Below, piece by piece: positions 19,275 to 29,542 of a DNA stretch of 64,000 nt (positions within the stretch are counted from its first letter, which is position 1; the number at the start of each line of letters is the position of its first letter). The notes under the pieces were generated by a model. It did not search any database and was not told the DNA's origin. It was given only the letters and a program-made list of their open reading frames with translations. The position numbers and the translations under genes are program-made. The stretch comes from Candidatus Peribacteria bacterium (GTDB lineage Bacteria; Patescibacteriota; Gracilibacteria; Peribacterales; Peribacteraceae), in the NCBI GenBank assembly GCA_041691135.1, contig JBEPVF010000002.1, positions 160,001 to 224,000 on the forward strand. Direction: 5' to 3'.

Positions 19275-21839
19275 TTACCGAATTCGATACTCCACCACAT
19301 GTGAATAAGAGGCGAAGAAGATGGAGTTTCCCCACAGCGCAAATCCACCGGTGACTCCCGGCGCATACGTTGCTTTCAGACTCACCTGGTAGGTTGCCGG
19401 GTCGATAGTGAAGATACCTCCTGACGTAAGACCGTAAAAAAGTCCGTCCGGTCCCAGAGCGATTGAGTTGATGAGAATAGTAAATGGAACGTCTGCTGTG
19501 TGTATTACCGTTTTTGTCTGCGGGTCGAAGACGAAAAATGTTGTTCCTGCAAAACCAATGATGTGTCCGTCCGGCGTCGTGGCAAGATCGGTAATGCTGA
19601 TCTGATGTGGGACGGGAAGAACATCGAAAGTCAGCTGATGATTGATCGGATCCCAGCCGAATAAATGGGCGCCCGTCGCCGTGGATACGCTTCCACCTCC
19701 GCCACGCACGTCTGTTCCCCCGACTATCAGCGTATTCAAAGCGGTTAACGAGATAACACTCTGATTAGGAATCACCTGAGTGGCGCTCGTCTCCTTTTGG
19801 GTTTGTGGATCGATTTCGGTCAGGTAACCGCCAAGCTTCCCATACTCTGGCACCGACCCAACAAATATTCTGTCACTTGCCGCGATCATGGCCATGGGAC
19901 GCCAGGTATGCGTTGTCACCTCCGGAAGGACAGGAAGAATGTAAGGGTTGGAATCCGCTTTGCTACCCGGCGCATAAGATAGAGACGGATCATAGGCTAG
20001 CATATTCGCCAGAGCGCTATAGGAAGCGATATAGAGAAATTTATTGTAGGTCAAAAAAGAATACGTTTCCCCGGCTCCGATTGGGCTCACATCCGTATCA
20101 ATACGCACTCCTCCGCTGCCGGTTGCAGAGGGGTCAAAGCGCACGAGATTCATGGGCAATTCTGAACTGCCATAGATCTTATTATCCGGACCCCAGACTA
20201 AGCGAAAAACAATTAAATCCTTTCCTGGATACGCGTAGGAATGTGTGACATCGCCGTTTGTAGCGGTATGAAGGACGATTTTTCCGTCGACAGTACTCTT
20301 GATCCTTCTTCCATCCTGTAGCAAAACCGCCGGATGCTGCAGAGTGTTTGGGACACTACTTGTTGCGACGGGTATTGCATTCCAACCGTTAAGGTGCAGC
20401 CAATAGACACTGCCTGTCGACGTGCCCACACTTGCGTACACGCTGCCGTCAGGGCCTTGCGTTTCATGGATGTTAAACGTTGCTATTTTGGAGGTATCAG
20501 TCAGGAGTTCGCGATGCTCCCCCGTCGCGATATTATACGCAACGAGATTCGTATGTACGCTGCCGACGGTTGTATACACAAAACTGCCGCTGTCGGCTGC
20601 GATGAACCGCGCATACGATTCCGTTGCGCTCATTCTGCCCAAGTCTTCGAGCTTATTCGCAACGGGGTCGTAGCGGACCAGCTTGGCATTCGGATAGGTG
20701 CAACCGTAGATCTTCCCGTCAGGACCGGCTGTCAGCTGCCATATGTATGCTTCAGTCGTACTCGGTCGTCCTATGTATTCAAGCTTCTTCGCTACCGGAT
20801 CGATACGGTACAATTCGGCTTTTCCGACCGTGCCGATATAGATTTTATGATCCGACCCGACCGTCATCGCCCATGCGCCAGCTGCGTTAGAATTCGGAAA
20901 AGTATAGACGTCATAATTGCCTGTATCCGGATCGATAGACACGACATCACCGATAGACCCTTCGTAATAATAACTCACGTATAAACGCTCAGAATCGGGC
21001 GTCGGCCCGGGTCCGATGATCTGTGCCAGTGTGCCACCTTTGCCTTTGTAGTCGCCAATATCGGTGAAGCTGCCGGCCGGCCTGTCTGGTAACTGTGGCG
21101 GCGGAATTTTACATTCCATAGTGCAAATTTCTGAGCCGCTCCCATTGAGCGATCCTGCATCGCACTCTTCTGTGCCCGCCTTCCATCCATCGCCGCAAAC
21201 GGGAGCCGGATGAAGATTGATGGTTGCCTGTGGATCGTTGATGATGAGCACATACAGTGCAGACGGTTCCAGAAGAACACCACCACTGCCATCATCTGTC
21301 GAATGGAAATGCATGCCATTTCTCTCTTCAAAAGTGATCAGTCCGTTCCCATGAGCGGAATCTTCGCCTCGCGCTTTGGTCGACGCAAAAAATTTGCCAC
21401 TTGGGAATTTCTGGAGAAAAGAAGATGCTCCTCTGTGCTGAATTTCCTGCGTCGCATTCGCATCCGAATATTGATAACCGAAATAATTGGTGTGCTGACC
21501 AAAGGCAACGTCAAACGGAATAGCTGTGAAGGTACTGGGCGTGTGCACTAAATACATTTTGTTGGCGACGAGTGTCTGCGTGTCTTGATCCGAAAAATCT
21601 ACACTGATGACATCCACTCCTCCGGAGGTACCAACTTTGGTGAGGGAGCCGGTAAGCCATGGATTCTGCGCCGAGCGCAAAGAGACCGAATTTTTCGACC
21701 AAAAAAAGGTCAACAATACAGCAATACAAAATACGATGACTACCGCGATGACTGAGCGCTTAAAGGAGGATGCATGGAGCATCGAACGGGGTGTTGGTAT
21801 GAATCTGGACAGTATACAGGAAAACAGTGATTTTTTCAA
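19275..21839 (-). CDS. Membrane-anchored beta-propeller protein with a Cys-rich (DUF4215-like) repeat
   Basis: N-terminal TM; CGDGW...EECDAG..NG....CT.EC; repeated GPDGKIYG and YDP blade motifs. Confidence 0.8.
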   Translation of the reverse strand: MKKSLFSCILSRFIPTPRSMLHASSFKRSVIAVVIVFCIAVLLTFFWSKNSVSLRSAQNPWLTGSLTKVGTSGGVDVISVDFSDQDTQTLVANKMYLVHTPSTFTAIPFDVAFGQHTNYFGYQYSDANATQEIQHRGASSFLQKFPSGKFFASTKARGEDSAHGNGLITFEERNGMHFHSTDDGSGGVLLEPSALYVLIINDPQATINLHPAPVCGDGWKAGTEECDAGSLNGSGSEICTMECKIPPPQLPDRPAGSFTDIGDYKGKGGTLAQIIGPGPTPDSERLYVSYYYEGSIGDVVSIDPDTGNYDVYTFPNSNAAGAWAMTVGSDHKIYIGTVGKAELYRIDPVAKKLEYIGRPSTTEAYIWQLTAGPDGKIYGCTYPNAKLVRYDPVANKLEDLGRMSATESYARFIAADSGSFVYTTVGSVHTNLVAYNIATGEHRELLTDTSKIATFNIHETQGPDGSVYASVGTSTGSVYWLHLNGWNAIPVATSSVPNTLQHPAVLLQDGRRIKSTVDGKIVLHTATNGDVTHSYAYPGKDLIVFRLVWGPDNKIYGSSELPMNLVRFDPSATGSGGVRIDTDVSPIGAGETYSFLTYNKFLYIASYSALANMLAYDPSLSYAPGSKADSNPYILPVLPEVTTHTWRPMAMIAASDRIFVGSVPEYGKLGGYLTEIDPQTQKETSATQVIPNQSVISLTALNTLIVGGTDVRGGGGSVSTATGAHLFGWDPINHQLTFDVLPVPHQISITDLATTPDGHIIGFAGTTFFVFDPQTKTVIHTADVPFTILINSIALGPDGLFYGLTSGGIFTIDPATYQVSLKATYAPGVTGGFALWGNSIFFASYSHVVEYRIR

Positions 21840-21916
21840 TCATCCTGACACTGATAAAATGGCTTTCCATAGCCTAAAATAAGCAAAATTAGCTCTGAGT
21901 TAAGACCGTTCTGTGC

Positions 21917-22510
21917 CTATGTCTGCGACCGCGCTGCTTTGAGCGCCTTGGCCCACCATACCAGCTGCGTGAGCATCTTGGTCGCATGATCATGAAGACC
22001 GGCTTCGGTCTCGGCATTCCATTGGGCTTTGCCTGATGCGATAGGAGACATCACGCTGCCCGGAATGTGAATAGCATTGCGAATGGGTGCCATCTGCAAT
22101 TCGACAGCCGTTTGGCGCAATTGCTCCACCGCCCGCGCACCGCCGACGCTGCCATAACTCACGAAACCGACTGTCTTGTTATTCCACTCGCCGTAGATCG
22201 AGTCGAGCGCGTTCTTGAGCACACCGGACGGACCGTGATTATATTCCGGTGATACAATGACGTACGCATCTGCCTCACCGATTTTTTTCGCCCACGCGTT
22301 GACGACATCGTGTCCGTAGTTGCCGTCCTTCACCATCGACGGAGGCATCGGCTGATCGAAAAACGGCAGCTGATAATCACGCAGATCCAAAAGTTCCGCC
22401 TCGATGCCATCAAGCTTTTTTACCTCCTCGAAAATCCAATGCGCCGGTTTGTCGCCGAACCTGTTTGGTCGCGTGCTGCCGATGATGATCTTGAAGTGGA
22501 GAGGTGTCAT
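21917..22510 (-). CDS. NADPH-dependent FMN reductase
   Basis: IIGSTRPNR, SPEYNHG..GVLKNALD and GGARAVEQLR. Confidence 0.92.
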   Translation of the reverse strand: MTPLHFKIIIGSTRPNRFGDKPAHWIFEEVKKLDGIEAELLDLRDYQLPFFDQPMPPSMVKDGNYGHDVVNAWAKKIGEADAYVIVSPEYNHGPSGVLKNALDSIYGEWNNKTVGFVSYGSVGGARAVEQLRQTAVELQMAPIRNAIHIPGSVMSPIASGKAQWNAETEAGLHDHATKMLTQLVWWAKALKAARSQT

Positions 22511-22614
22511 AGACGATTAGTGTAGCAGGAGCAGAACCGCGACAGTGGAGATGACAATTTTGACGGATGAATCAATGACAAACTTACTGTTTTCTGTTAG
22601 CTTAATCGTCTCGC

Positions 22615-23490
22615 ATGACAGTCACGGACAATACTCCACTGGCAGTTGATCTCCTCGCTCCGACTCTCCGCATGGGAAGTGTCGCATTGAACGTACGAGA
22701 TATGACCGAGATGAAGAAGTTCTACACCGAGGTAATCGGAATGGCTGTGTTGCACGAAAACGGCTTGGTTGTGACCCTCGGCATCCGAGGAACACCGCTC
22801 GTCGTGCTCCATCACACCGTTGATCTTCCGGAAACATCCACCGAAGAGGCGGGGCTCTACCATCTGGCCATTCTGTTTTCGTCGCGCAGCGAACTGGCGC
22901 ACACAGTTGAACGCGTGCTGGAGCAAGCGCCGCATCTCTATTCCGGTTCGGCGGATCACCTGGTGAGCGAAGCATTCTATTTATCTGACGCCGAAGGCAA
23001 CGGCATCGAACTCTACTACGATCGCGATCCGACTACGTGGCAGTGGCAGAACGGACTCGTGCAGATGGATGCGATTTACATGTCGCCGCAAGAGTACATT
23101 CGACAATACAAAGATGAGCAATCTGCTGACGGTACGGTGACGATGGGTCACGTGCATTTGAAAATCGGCAACATCGAACAGGCGCATGTGTTTTATATCG
23201 ACACCATCGGCTTCAATCTGAGTGCCTGGTTGCCACATGCGCTTTTTGCATCGGTGAATCGGTACCATCATCATCTGGGCATGAACACCTGGAATAGCCG
23301 CGATACCGGAAAGCGCGGCGACACGCTGGGACTCAGACATTTTGAAATTATTCTGCCCCGGAAGGAACGCCTGACTGCATTGAAGGATCGCCTCGGTGCG
23401 GCGGCCATTGCGACCGACGAGTCTGGTGATGGGTTGTGTTTTGCGGACCCGTGGAATAATCGAATAGTCGCGACAGTGCACAACGACTGA
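22615..23490 (+). CDS. VOC family dioxygenase (CatE-like)
   Basis: GLYHLAIL, DHLVSEAFYLSDAEGNGIELYYDR, MGHVHL and YHHHLGMNTW. Confidence 0.9.
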   Translation: MTVTDNTPLAVDLLAPTLRMGSVALNVRDMTEMKKFYTEVIGMAVLHENGLVVTLGIRGTPLVVLHHTVDLPETSTEEAGLYHLAILFSSRSELAHTVERVLEQAPHLYSGSADHLVSEAFYLSDAEGNGIELYYDRDPTTWQWQNGLVQMDAIYMSPQEYIRQYKDEQSADGTVTMGHVHLKIGNIEQAHVFYIDTIGFNLSAWLPHALFASVNRYHHHLGMNTWNSRDTGKRGDTLGLRHFEIILPRKERLTALKDRLGAAAIATDESGDGLCFADPWNNRIVATVHND

Positions 23491-23512
23491 GTCTGCTGGT
23501 ACTCTTGTGTCT

Positions 23513-24082
23513 ATGAATCCCTCCCGACTCGAAGCCTTCAGTGACGGCGTGATCGCCGTCATTATCACCATAATGGTGTTGGAAATAAAAATGCCACACG
23601 GCGCCGATATTCTGGCACTGCAGCCGTTGGTTCCGGCGTTCTTCGGTTACGTTCTCAGTTTCGTCATCATCGGCATCTATTGGAACAACCACCACCACTT
23701 GCTCCACGCGGCCAAGCACATCGATGGCCGGATCATGTGGGCCAACTTGCATCTGCTTTTTTGGCTCTCATTACTGCCTTTTTTGACCGGCTGGCTGGGC
23801 GAATATCCGGCCGCACCATGGCCGACAATGCTCTACGGAGTCGGGTTACTACTGTGTGCTATTTCCTACACCTTGCTTCAAACATCCATCGTCGCGTTAC
23901 ATGGCAAAGATTCCGACCTTGCAAAAGCATTGGGTGGCGACTTGAAGGGAAAGCTCTCGATCATTCTGTACGCGACGGCAATCATATTGGCTTTTTCACT
24001 GCCGTGGATATCGTATGTACTGTACGTTGCGGTCGCGCTGATGTGGTTCATTCCCGACCGGCGCATAGAGAACCAGGGATAA
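23513..24082 (+). CDS. TMEM175 family potassium channel
   Basis: RLEAFSDGVIAVIITIMVLE and YWNNHH motifs. Confidence 0.92.
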   Translation: MNPSRLEAFSDGVIAVIITIMVLEIKMPHGADILALQPLVPAFFGYVLSFVIIGIYWNNHHHLLHAAKHIDGRIMWANLHLLFWLSLLPFLTGWLGEYPAAPWPTMLYGVGLLLCAISYTLLQTSIVALHGKDSDLAKALGGDLKGKLSIILYATAIILAFSLPWISYVLYVAVALMWFIPDRRIENQG

Positions 24083-24090
24083 TGAATGGC

Positions 24091-24672
24091 CTACGGATGC
24101 AGCACCTCACTTTTCGCAAGCATTTCGACAAACATCTTGATCCGCTTTTCGCGCGTTTCGGGTTTTTTTGCCGTCTGTAAACGATAGACGATTGCATACA
24201 GATTCTGCTTGTTGAGTGTCTCGAAAAACGATTTCGCTTTTTTATTCTTTTCCAGCACCTTCAAAAAATCCGCCGGGATCTCCATGGTGCTATGCGAATC
24301 GTAGGCGCGTTGCCAGCGGCCGTCTTTTTTTGCCAATGTCACTTCTTGCAGCCCTGATGCCTGCATTCGCCCGACTTTGATCAGTCGCTGCACATGCTGT
24401 GTATTGCGCTTCGACCAAGCGCTCTTGGCACGCCGCGGCGTGAAGCGTTGCAGCCACGATGCATCGTCATACGGCTGCTTCTGTCCATCGATCCAGCCGT
24501 AACACAACGCCACATCGAGTGCTTCGTCGTAGGTGACGGATCGCTCGCCGGAATTCTTTTTACTCAGTCGCAGCCACAAACCTTTCTCTTTTTCATAATG
24601 CGCCGCCAGCCACTTTTCCCACGCGGCAGACGTGGCGAAGTGGCGGATGGGAAGATCGGTGGGATGAGCCAT
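24091..24672 (-). CDS. YdeI/OmpD-associated family protein
   Basis: ALCYGWIDG, FTPRR..S.WSKRN and AKKPETREKR. Confidence 0.9.
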   Translation of the reverse strand: MAHPTDLPIRHFATSAAWEKWLAAHYEKEKGLWLRLSKKNSGERSVTYDEALDVALCYGWIDGQKQPYDDASWLQRFTPRRAKSAWSKRNTQHVQRLIKVGRMQASGLQEVTLAKKDGRWQRAYDSHSTMEIPADFLKVLEKNKKAKSFFETLNKQNLYAIVYRLQTAKKPETREKRIKMFVEMLAKSEVLHP

Positions 24673-24799
24673 AGAGATAGAGTGTACATTGTTGATAATG
24701 AACAATTATTGTATACAAAATTCAAAAGAAGATCTTTGTCCTTCTCAATAGCGAAATATACCGATCATCCTGCACATTTCTATACGCTTTTACCGACCT

Positions 24800-26635
24800 G
24801 TGTTTAGCTATGGTATGGCCAGCATTTCTTTTCGGGAAAGCGACACCATTTTGGACAATCAATTTCTGGAGTACGCCCAAGGAGGACCATCGTGCCTGTC
24901 AGAAGTTATCGACCGTTATCAACGAGAAATAATCGCAAGTATCAGAAATACAACAAGGGACTACAGCGTCGCGGAAGACATAGCGCAGGATGTTTTCTTT
25001 TTTTTACATCAACAACCGGAAACATATCGGGGACCTCATCTTAAACCATGGCTCCATCATATTGCGCACCAAAGAGCAGTCCATTATATGGTGCAGAAAA
25101 AAAGACGAAGGCAAGTGCGACCTGAAGATATAGAGCGATGGCATGCACGCGGCAGAGCCACATTGGCTCCGTACACACACTGTGACGAAGGCAATATTCC
25201 ATTTGAAATGGTCATCGATAATCGTGAGCCTGAACCCTACGACGCATTGATGCGGAATGATTATCAAATGATCATTCAGGAAGTCCTCCAAACCACTTCG
25301 ACTATTCAGCGCGAAATTTTTCAGCTCTATTACACTGGAAATTTTACACATCCCGAAATTGCAGAACGTGTGGACGCGTCTGTCAACGGAGTAAGAAGTA
25401 CTATATTCAGAACATCTGAACGCATACGAAAACTCATTGCAGATCGAGAAAGTGAAAAGGGGGAATTCACTTATACGGATGCTACTGATGCGGAACTATC
25501 CATGGATGACGTGGCACGAGATTGTATCCAACTAGAAACGATCTCGAAAGGAACAGCGCGTCAACGCCGCTATAGGGCAAGAATAACTGCATCAGCAGAT
25601 GCGGCTAACAACAATTCCATAGGTGAAGATGTTCCGCGTTTTAAGAAAATACCAAAATGGATGGCGGCTCTTACAGAAGAAAGTGCTACCCAGCTGTATA
25701 ATGTTCTTACTGACAAACCTTCCAAAGCCAAACTTCGCGCTTTCTTCAAACAACTTCTGGCACCGGGTGAAAATAGGAAGGAAGAAAAATTAGCTCGAAC
25801 CACTTTAAATCAAGCAGATGGCGTGCAAGCCCAACTGATCCAATTCATTCACGATCTGGGTAATTCCGAACGTGTTCTCGGTAAATTTGTTCAATCACCG
25901 AATCTCCTTAGGGCCAGAGAACAGCAAGAAATTATAATTCCCAATTTGAACACGCTTATTGTTTCGCACTTCAAACAATATCCCAAGCTGGAGTCGGAAC
26001 GCACATTATTGGATATCGGTGCATGGGACGGCCGCTTAACAAGTAGTCTTCGTGATTATTTCGGTGCTATGTATGCCGTCGAACCGAACCCACAGCGCTT
26101 CGGTGAGATGCTCAAACGAAGGACTCCAAAATTGATTCCCATACAAGCAACCGCACAACGATTGATGGAAATGGATGATATTCCTTCTCCTGATGTTATC
26201 CTCATGAGTCATTTGCTGTACTTTTTCCAAGATGAAAAAGATGACGAGCTCCTCAATTGGGCCGTAGAAAAACTTCCCCGCAAAGGACTTCTACTCACCG
26301 TCCTCAATGATCTGGTGCCAGACGGAGCAACAAGGGCGCATTTACGACGTGAGTTACACGGACGAGAGCGGAATCCGTGGCCATCGCGATACTCGGAATA
26401 TCTACAGCGCAAAGGCATGTCTGTCTCCGTAATGCGACCGAGTCTTCGATGTACAAGTACGACACCCGAAGGACTTGAGGCCACACGTGATCTCATGCGC
26501 TTTATGCTTCCGCGCGAATCGCAAGGTGAAGAATCACTGGAACAGTATGTGCAACGGTATGTCGCGAATAGAAATGGCGTTGGTCAGCATCAATTCACCC
26601 ACACGTTATACATCATGGCGGCACGCAAACAGTAG
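24800..26635 (+). CDS. ECF-type sigma-70 factor fused to a class I SAM-dependent methyltransferase
   Basis: Region 2 AEDIAQDVF...WLHHIA; region 4 QREIFQLYY...EIAERV..SVNGVRSTIFR; C-terminal LLDIGAWDG, AVEPN and DVILMSHLLY. Start is 24800 or 24815. Confidence 0.8.
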   Translation: MFSYGMASISFRESDTILDNQFLEYAQGGPSCLSEVIDRYQREIIASIRNTTRDYSVAEDIAQDVFFFLHQQPETYRGPHLKPWLHHIAHQRAVHYMVQKKRRRQVRPEDIERWHARGRATLAPYTHCDEGNIPFEMVIDNREPEPYDALMRNDYQMIIQEVLQTTSTIQREIFQLYYTGNFTHPEIAERVDASVNGVRSTIFRTSERIRKLIADRESEKGEFTYTDATDAELSMDDVARDCIQLETISKGTARQRRYRARITASADAANNNSIGEDVPRFKKIPKWMAALTEESATQLYNVLTDKPSKAKLRAFFKQLLAPGENRKEEKLARTTLNQADGVQAQLIQFIHDLGNSERVLGKFVQSPNLLRAREQQEIIIPNLNTLIVSHFKQYPKLESERTLLDIGAWDGRLTSSLRDYFGAMYAVEPNPQRFGEMLKRRTPKLIPIQATAQRLMEMDDIPSPDVILMSHLLYFFQDEKDDELLNWAVEKLPRKGLLLTVLNDLVPDGATRAHLRRELHGRERNPWPSRYSEYLQRKGMSVSVMRPSLRCTSTTPEGLEATRDLMRFMLPRESQGEESLEQYVQRYVANRNGVGQHQFTHTLYIMAARKQ

Positions 26636-26647
26636 ATTGAAACGTGA

Positions 26648-27013
26648 TCACTTCTTCCGCTGTGCCCGCCACCGTTCTTCCATTCTGCCGATATGATCGT
26701 GATCGAAACCGAAGTAGTGGGCGATCTCGTGCCACAGAGTTTCGCGGACGAGTGACGGTATTTCTTCGGGTGATCGGGCCACACGTTCGATGGATGCGCG
26801 GTACAACGTGATCTTGTCCGGCGGTTTGCCGTTAAAATCACGACCCCACGTGGTAAGGGGGACACCTTCGTACAGTCCCAGCAGAATCCCCTTCCGATGC
26901 GGCGGCGGGTCTTCTTCGATTGCAATCAATACATCGCTTAATTTTTCGCGAAGCTGATCCGGTAGCGCATCGACTGTGTCTTTCACAATCGCTTCGTAGG
27001 TCTGATGATCCAT
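26648..27013 (-). CDS. Zincin-like metallopeptidase (Zincin_1)
   Basis: LLGLYEGVPL, PDKITLYR and HEIAHYFG. Confidence 0.9.
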   Translation of the reverse strand: MDHQTYEAIVKDTVDALPDQLREKLSDVLIAIEEDPPPHRKGILLGLYEGVPLTTWGRDFNGKPPDKITLYRASIERVARSPEEIPSLVRETLWHEIAHYFGFDHDHIGRMEERWRAQRKK

Positions 27014-27063
27014 GCGCCCAGACTACACCGCAACGAGCGCGACCGAAAATTGTTGCCATACTT

Positions 27064-29472
27064 TTACTGCCGGGTCAGCTCATGTTCTTGGACACCCGGA
27101 TAATAGTAACTAAGGATTTGTTCGGCCGTTTTTCCCTCGTTCGCCTGACCGGCGGCTCCGCAACCGGACATGCCCACGCCATGGCCTTGCATCGACATGC
27201 CGGTACACCACGGATCGGGTTTGCTGGCGAAGACATCGGCATTCGGAAAATTCTTCCAGTTCGCTTCCTGTGGGGACCGTGTGCGACCATCGTCACTGGA
27301 GAAGTACGGCGGTTTGATGATGTCGCCCTTCGTCATCAAAACTTGATTGGCCGTACTGGTCACCGCCTTCACCCACTGCGGATTCTTGGTTTCGAATGAT
27401 GCGCCCGCATACTTCTGGAACGAATCGGGACTGTCCGAACCGTCGTACGGTTGGCCGGGAAATTTGCGATTGTGCTGGTCGAGGTAGTACGCCGCATAAC
27501 TGCGCGCCGCGACGGCGAAGGCCCGTTGTTTCTCGTACGGTTCGCTATCGGGCTCTTCGCCCAGACCGAGCAGGTATCGATCGAGCGGCAGTTCGTTGAT
27601 TAGAGCCAATTTTCCATCAATGACGCGGCATTCCAGCACGCCGCGAAATTGGTTCTCTCCACGCGGAAAGGCCGACACTTTGGTGAACACGTCGCCGGGA
27701 TTGATGCGCACGATTCCTTTGGCGATCTCCTGCCCGTCACGTTCGGCACGACAATCGGTATCGCTCATCGAGAGCAGAAGATCGCCCGCCGGCAGTTGCA
27801 CGCTATTCACATACGTGTCGTGTGGGATTCCCACCGTCAGGCTCCCCTTGGCGAAAGTCGCCTCGTTGCGCAGCAAACGGATGCGGATGGTCGGTCCGTA
27901 ATACGGCGCCTGTGCGGCTGCCGTCTCCGCCGCGGCGAGCGGCTTACTCAGTTCTCGCTGCAGCCGGTGCTCGCCCACTTTGGTACTGACGACGTGCGCG
28001 GGAGTTCCGCCGACATGGACGGCGTACAGAATGCTGCCCACCTTCAGCTGATACTCGCCGGCATCGGGCGGCAGTTGCACTCGCAAGTGCAGCGCAACGG
28101 ATGCGTTGGCGCTCAGCGGCGCAGGTAAAAGCAAATCGTTGACCAGACGTGTGGACAGAAATTCCGTCGCTTGCCACACCTGGAAACGCGGATCTGACGC
28201 CTTGATCGAACCGATCTTCGTGCGTTGTGCCAGCGCCATATTGCTCGCCTGAAACTGAAAGTCGAGTTGCACGATATCGCCGGGATGCCCGGTTACATCC
28301 GCGCTCGGATAGATGAAAATTCCGTTCGTGCCGATGGCGATGGAACGCGGTTGTTTTTCGGCGGAAGACGACACATCGATTGCGGCCGGCGGCGGAGGCG
28401 GGAAGCGCACATCAGCCGACACTTTTCCGGTCCGCGCATTATCGCGAATCTGATCGAGCACGCCCCGCACATAATAACCCGGACAACGAGTGCCCATCAG
28501 ATCGCCATGACCGACAACGGGAGGCATGTCGCGACCGTGGAAGGTAACATTTTTTGTCAGATCCACGCTGTACTTCTGACTGAGGGTAACCAGCAATGAC
28601 TGCAGACTGTGGATCTGTTCCTGCGTCGGTTTTTCGGTATCGGTATTGCCCATCAACGCGATGCCCATCGTGCCGACGTTGTAACAGAAGGCATGCCCGC
28701 CCACGACGTCGTCACCGCCCTGGCGTCCCTCGTATATCTGACCGTCTTCGTCGACCACATAGTTGTAGCCGATATCTCCCCATCCGCGGCTCTTGGCATG
28801 GTATTGGTAAATCGCCCGCATGCGTTCCACCGCACTGCGCGTTTCGCCGGTCACCTGATCGGCCGTGTGATGGATTACAAATAATTTAATCGACGGTGAA
28901 TACTGGATCGGCCAACTGTACGGTTTTCCATCGGGTGCTGTGCTCACCGTTTTCGTCACTGTGAATTCATCCGGATAGTTTTTCTGCAGCTGAGCGCAAT
29001 TGACCGTGCGTGACGGAACCTGGTCACTGCGCATCACCGCGTTCAACTCGGCTTCGGTGACGATCTTATCGCCGATGGTGAGACTCTCGTCGGCACCCCA
29101 GTCGCTACGCGAGAGAATATGCGGCGGACCGGGATCATCGGTGGAGGCCGTCGTGTAGTGCACCGGATCGTGCGAGACACGGATGGGATGCAATTGATCG
29201 TCGACGCTCGCACCGCGGATCCGCACCAGCGAAACGGACTCCTTGAACATGACGAGCGTGGACTCCGTCACAGTCGGATCTTCCTCATCACGCTCTACCG
29301 TGTACCACGGCGACCACTGGGTGCCTTCCCAGGCACTCACATCAGCACTCGTCGCCGACGAAACAAATCCGATGCTGAGCGCATCGATCGGCTGATCGAA
29401 CCGATACTGTTGCATGGCAGGCGCCGACGCCGTCAGGAGCAGCAGACTGCCGAAAAGAAACCACGATCGCAT
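27064..29472 (-). CDS. Secreted N-acetylmuramoyl-L-alanine amidase (Amidase_2) fused to a SpoIID/LytB domain
   Basis: IHHTA, GWGDIGYNY, GH.D...T.CPG; then INELPLDRYL.G, AVAARSY and GHGVGMSGCGA. Confidence 0.88.
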   Translation of the reverse strand: MRSWFLFGSLLLLTASAPAMQQYRFDQPIDALSIGFVSSATSADVSAWEGTQWSPWYTVERDEEDPTVTESTLVMFKESVSLVRIRGASVDDQLHPIRVSHDPVHYTTASTDDPGPPHILSRSDWGADESLTIGDKIVTEAELNAVMRSDQVPSRTVNCAQLQKNYPDEFTVTKTVSTAPDGKPYSWPIQYSPSIKLFVIHHTADQVTGETRSAVERMRAIYQYHAKSRGWGDIGYNYVVDEDGQIYEGRQGGDDVVGGHAFCYNVGTMGIALMGNTDTEKPTQEQIHSLQSLLVTLSQKYSVDLTKNVTFHGRDMPPVVGHGDLMGTRCPGYYVRGVLDQIRDNARTGKVSADVRFPPPPPAAIDVSSSAEKQPRSIAIGTNGIFIYPSADVTGHPGDIVQLDFQFQASNMALAQRTKIGSIKASDPRFQVWQATEFLSTRLVNDLLLPAPLSANASVALHLRVQLPPDAGEYQLKVGSILYAVHVGGTPAHVVSTKVGEHRLQRELSKPLAAAETAAAQAPYYGPTIRIRLLRNEATFAKGSLTVGIPHDTYVNSVQLPAGDLLLSMSDTDCRAERDGQEIAKGIVRINPGDVFTKVSAFPRGENQFRGVLECRVIDGKLALINELPLDRYLLGLGEEPDSEPYEKQRAFAVAARSYAAYYLDQHNRKFPGQPYDGSDSPDSFQKYAGASFETKNPQWVKAVTSTANQVLMTKGDIIKPPYFSSDDGRTRSPQEANWKNFPNADVFASKPDPWCTGMSMQGHGVGMSGCGAAGQANEGKTAEQILSYYYPGVQEHELTRQ

Positions 29473-29542
29473 CAGCCGCATTTTACATGGCAACGCGCGA
29501 GCTGCTAATGACAACCCGCCCGACCGGAGTATGCTGAACAAC

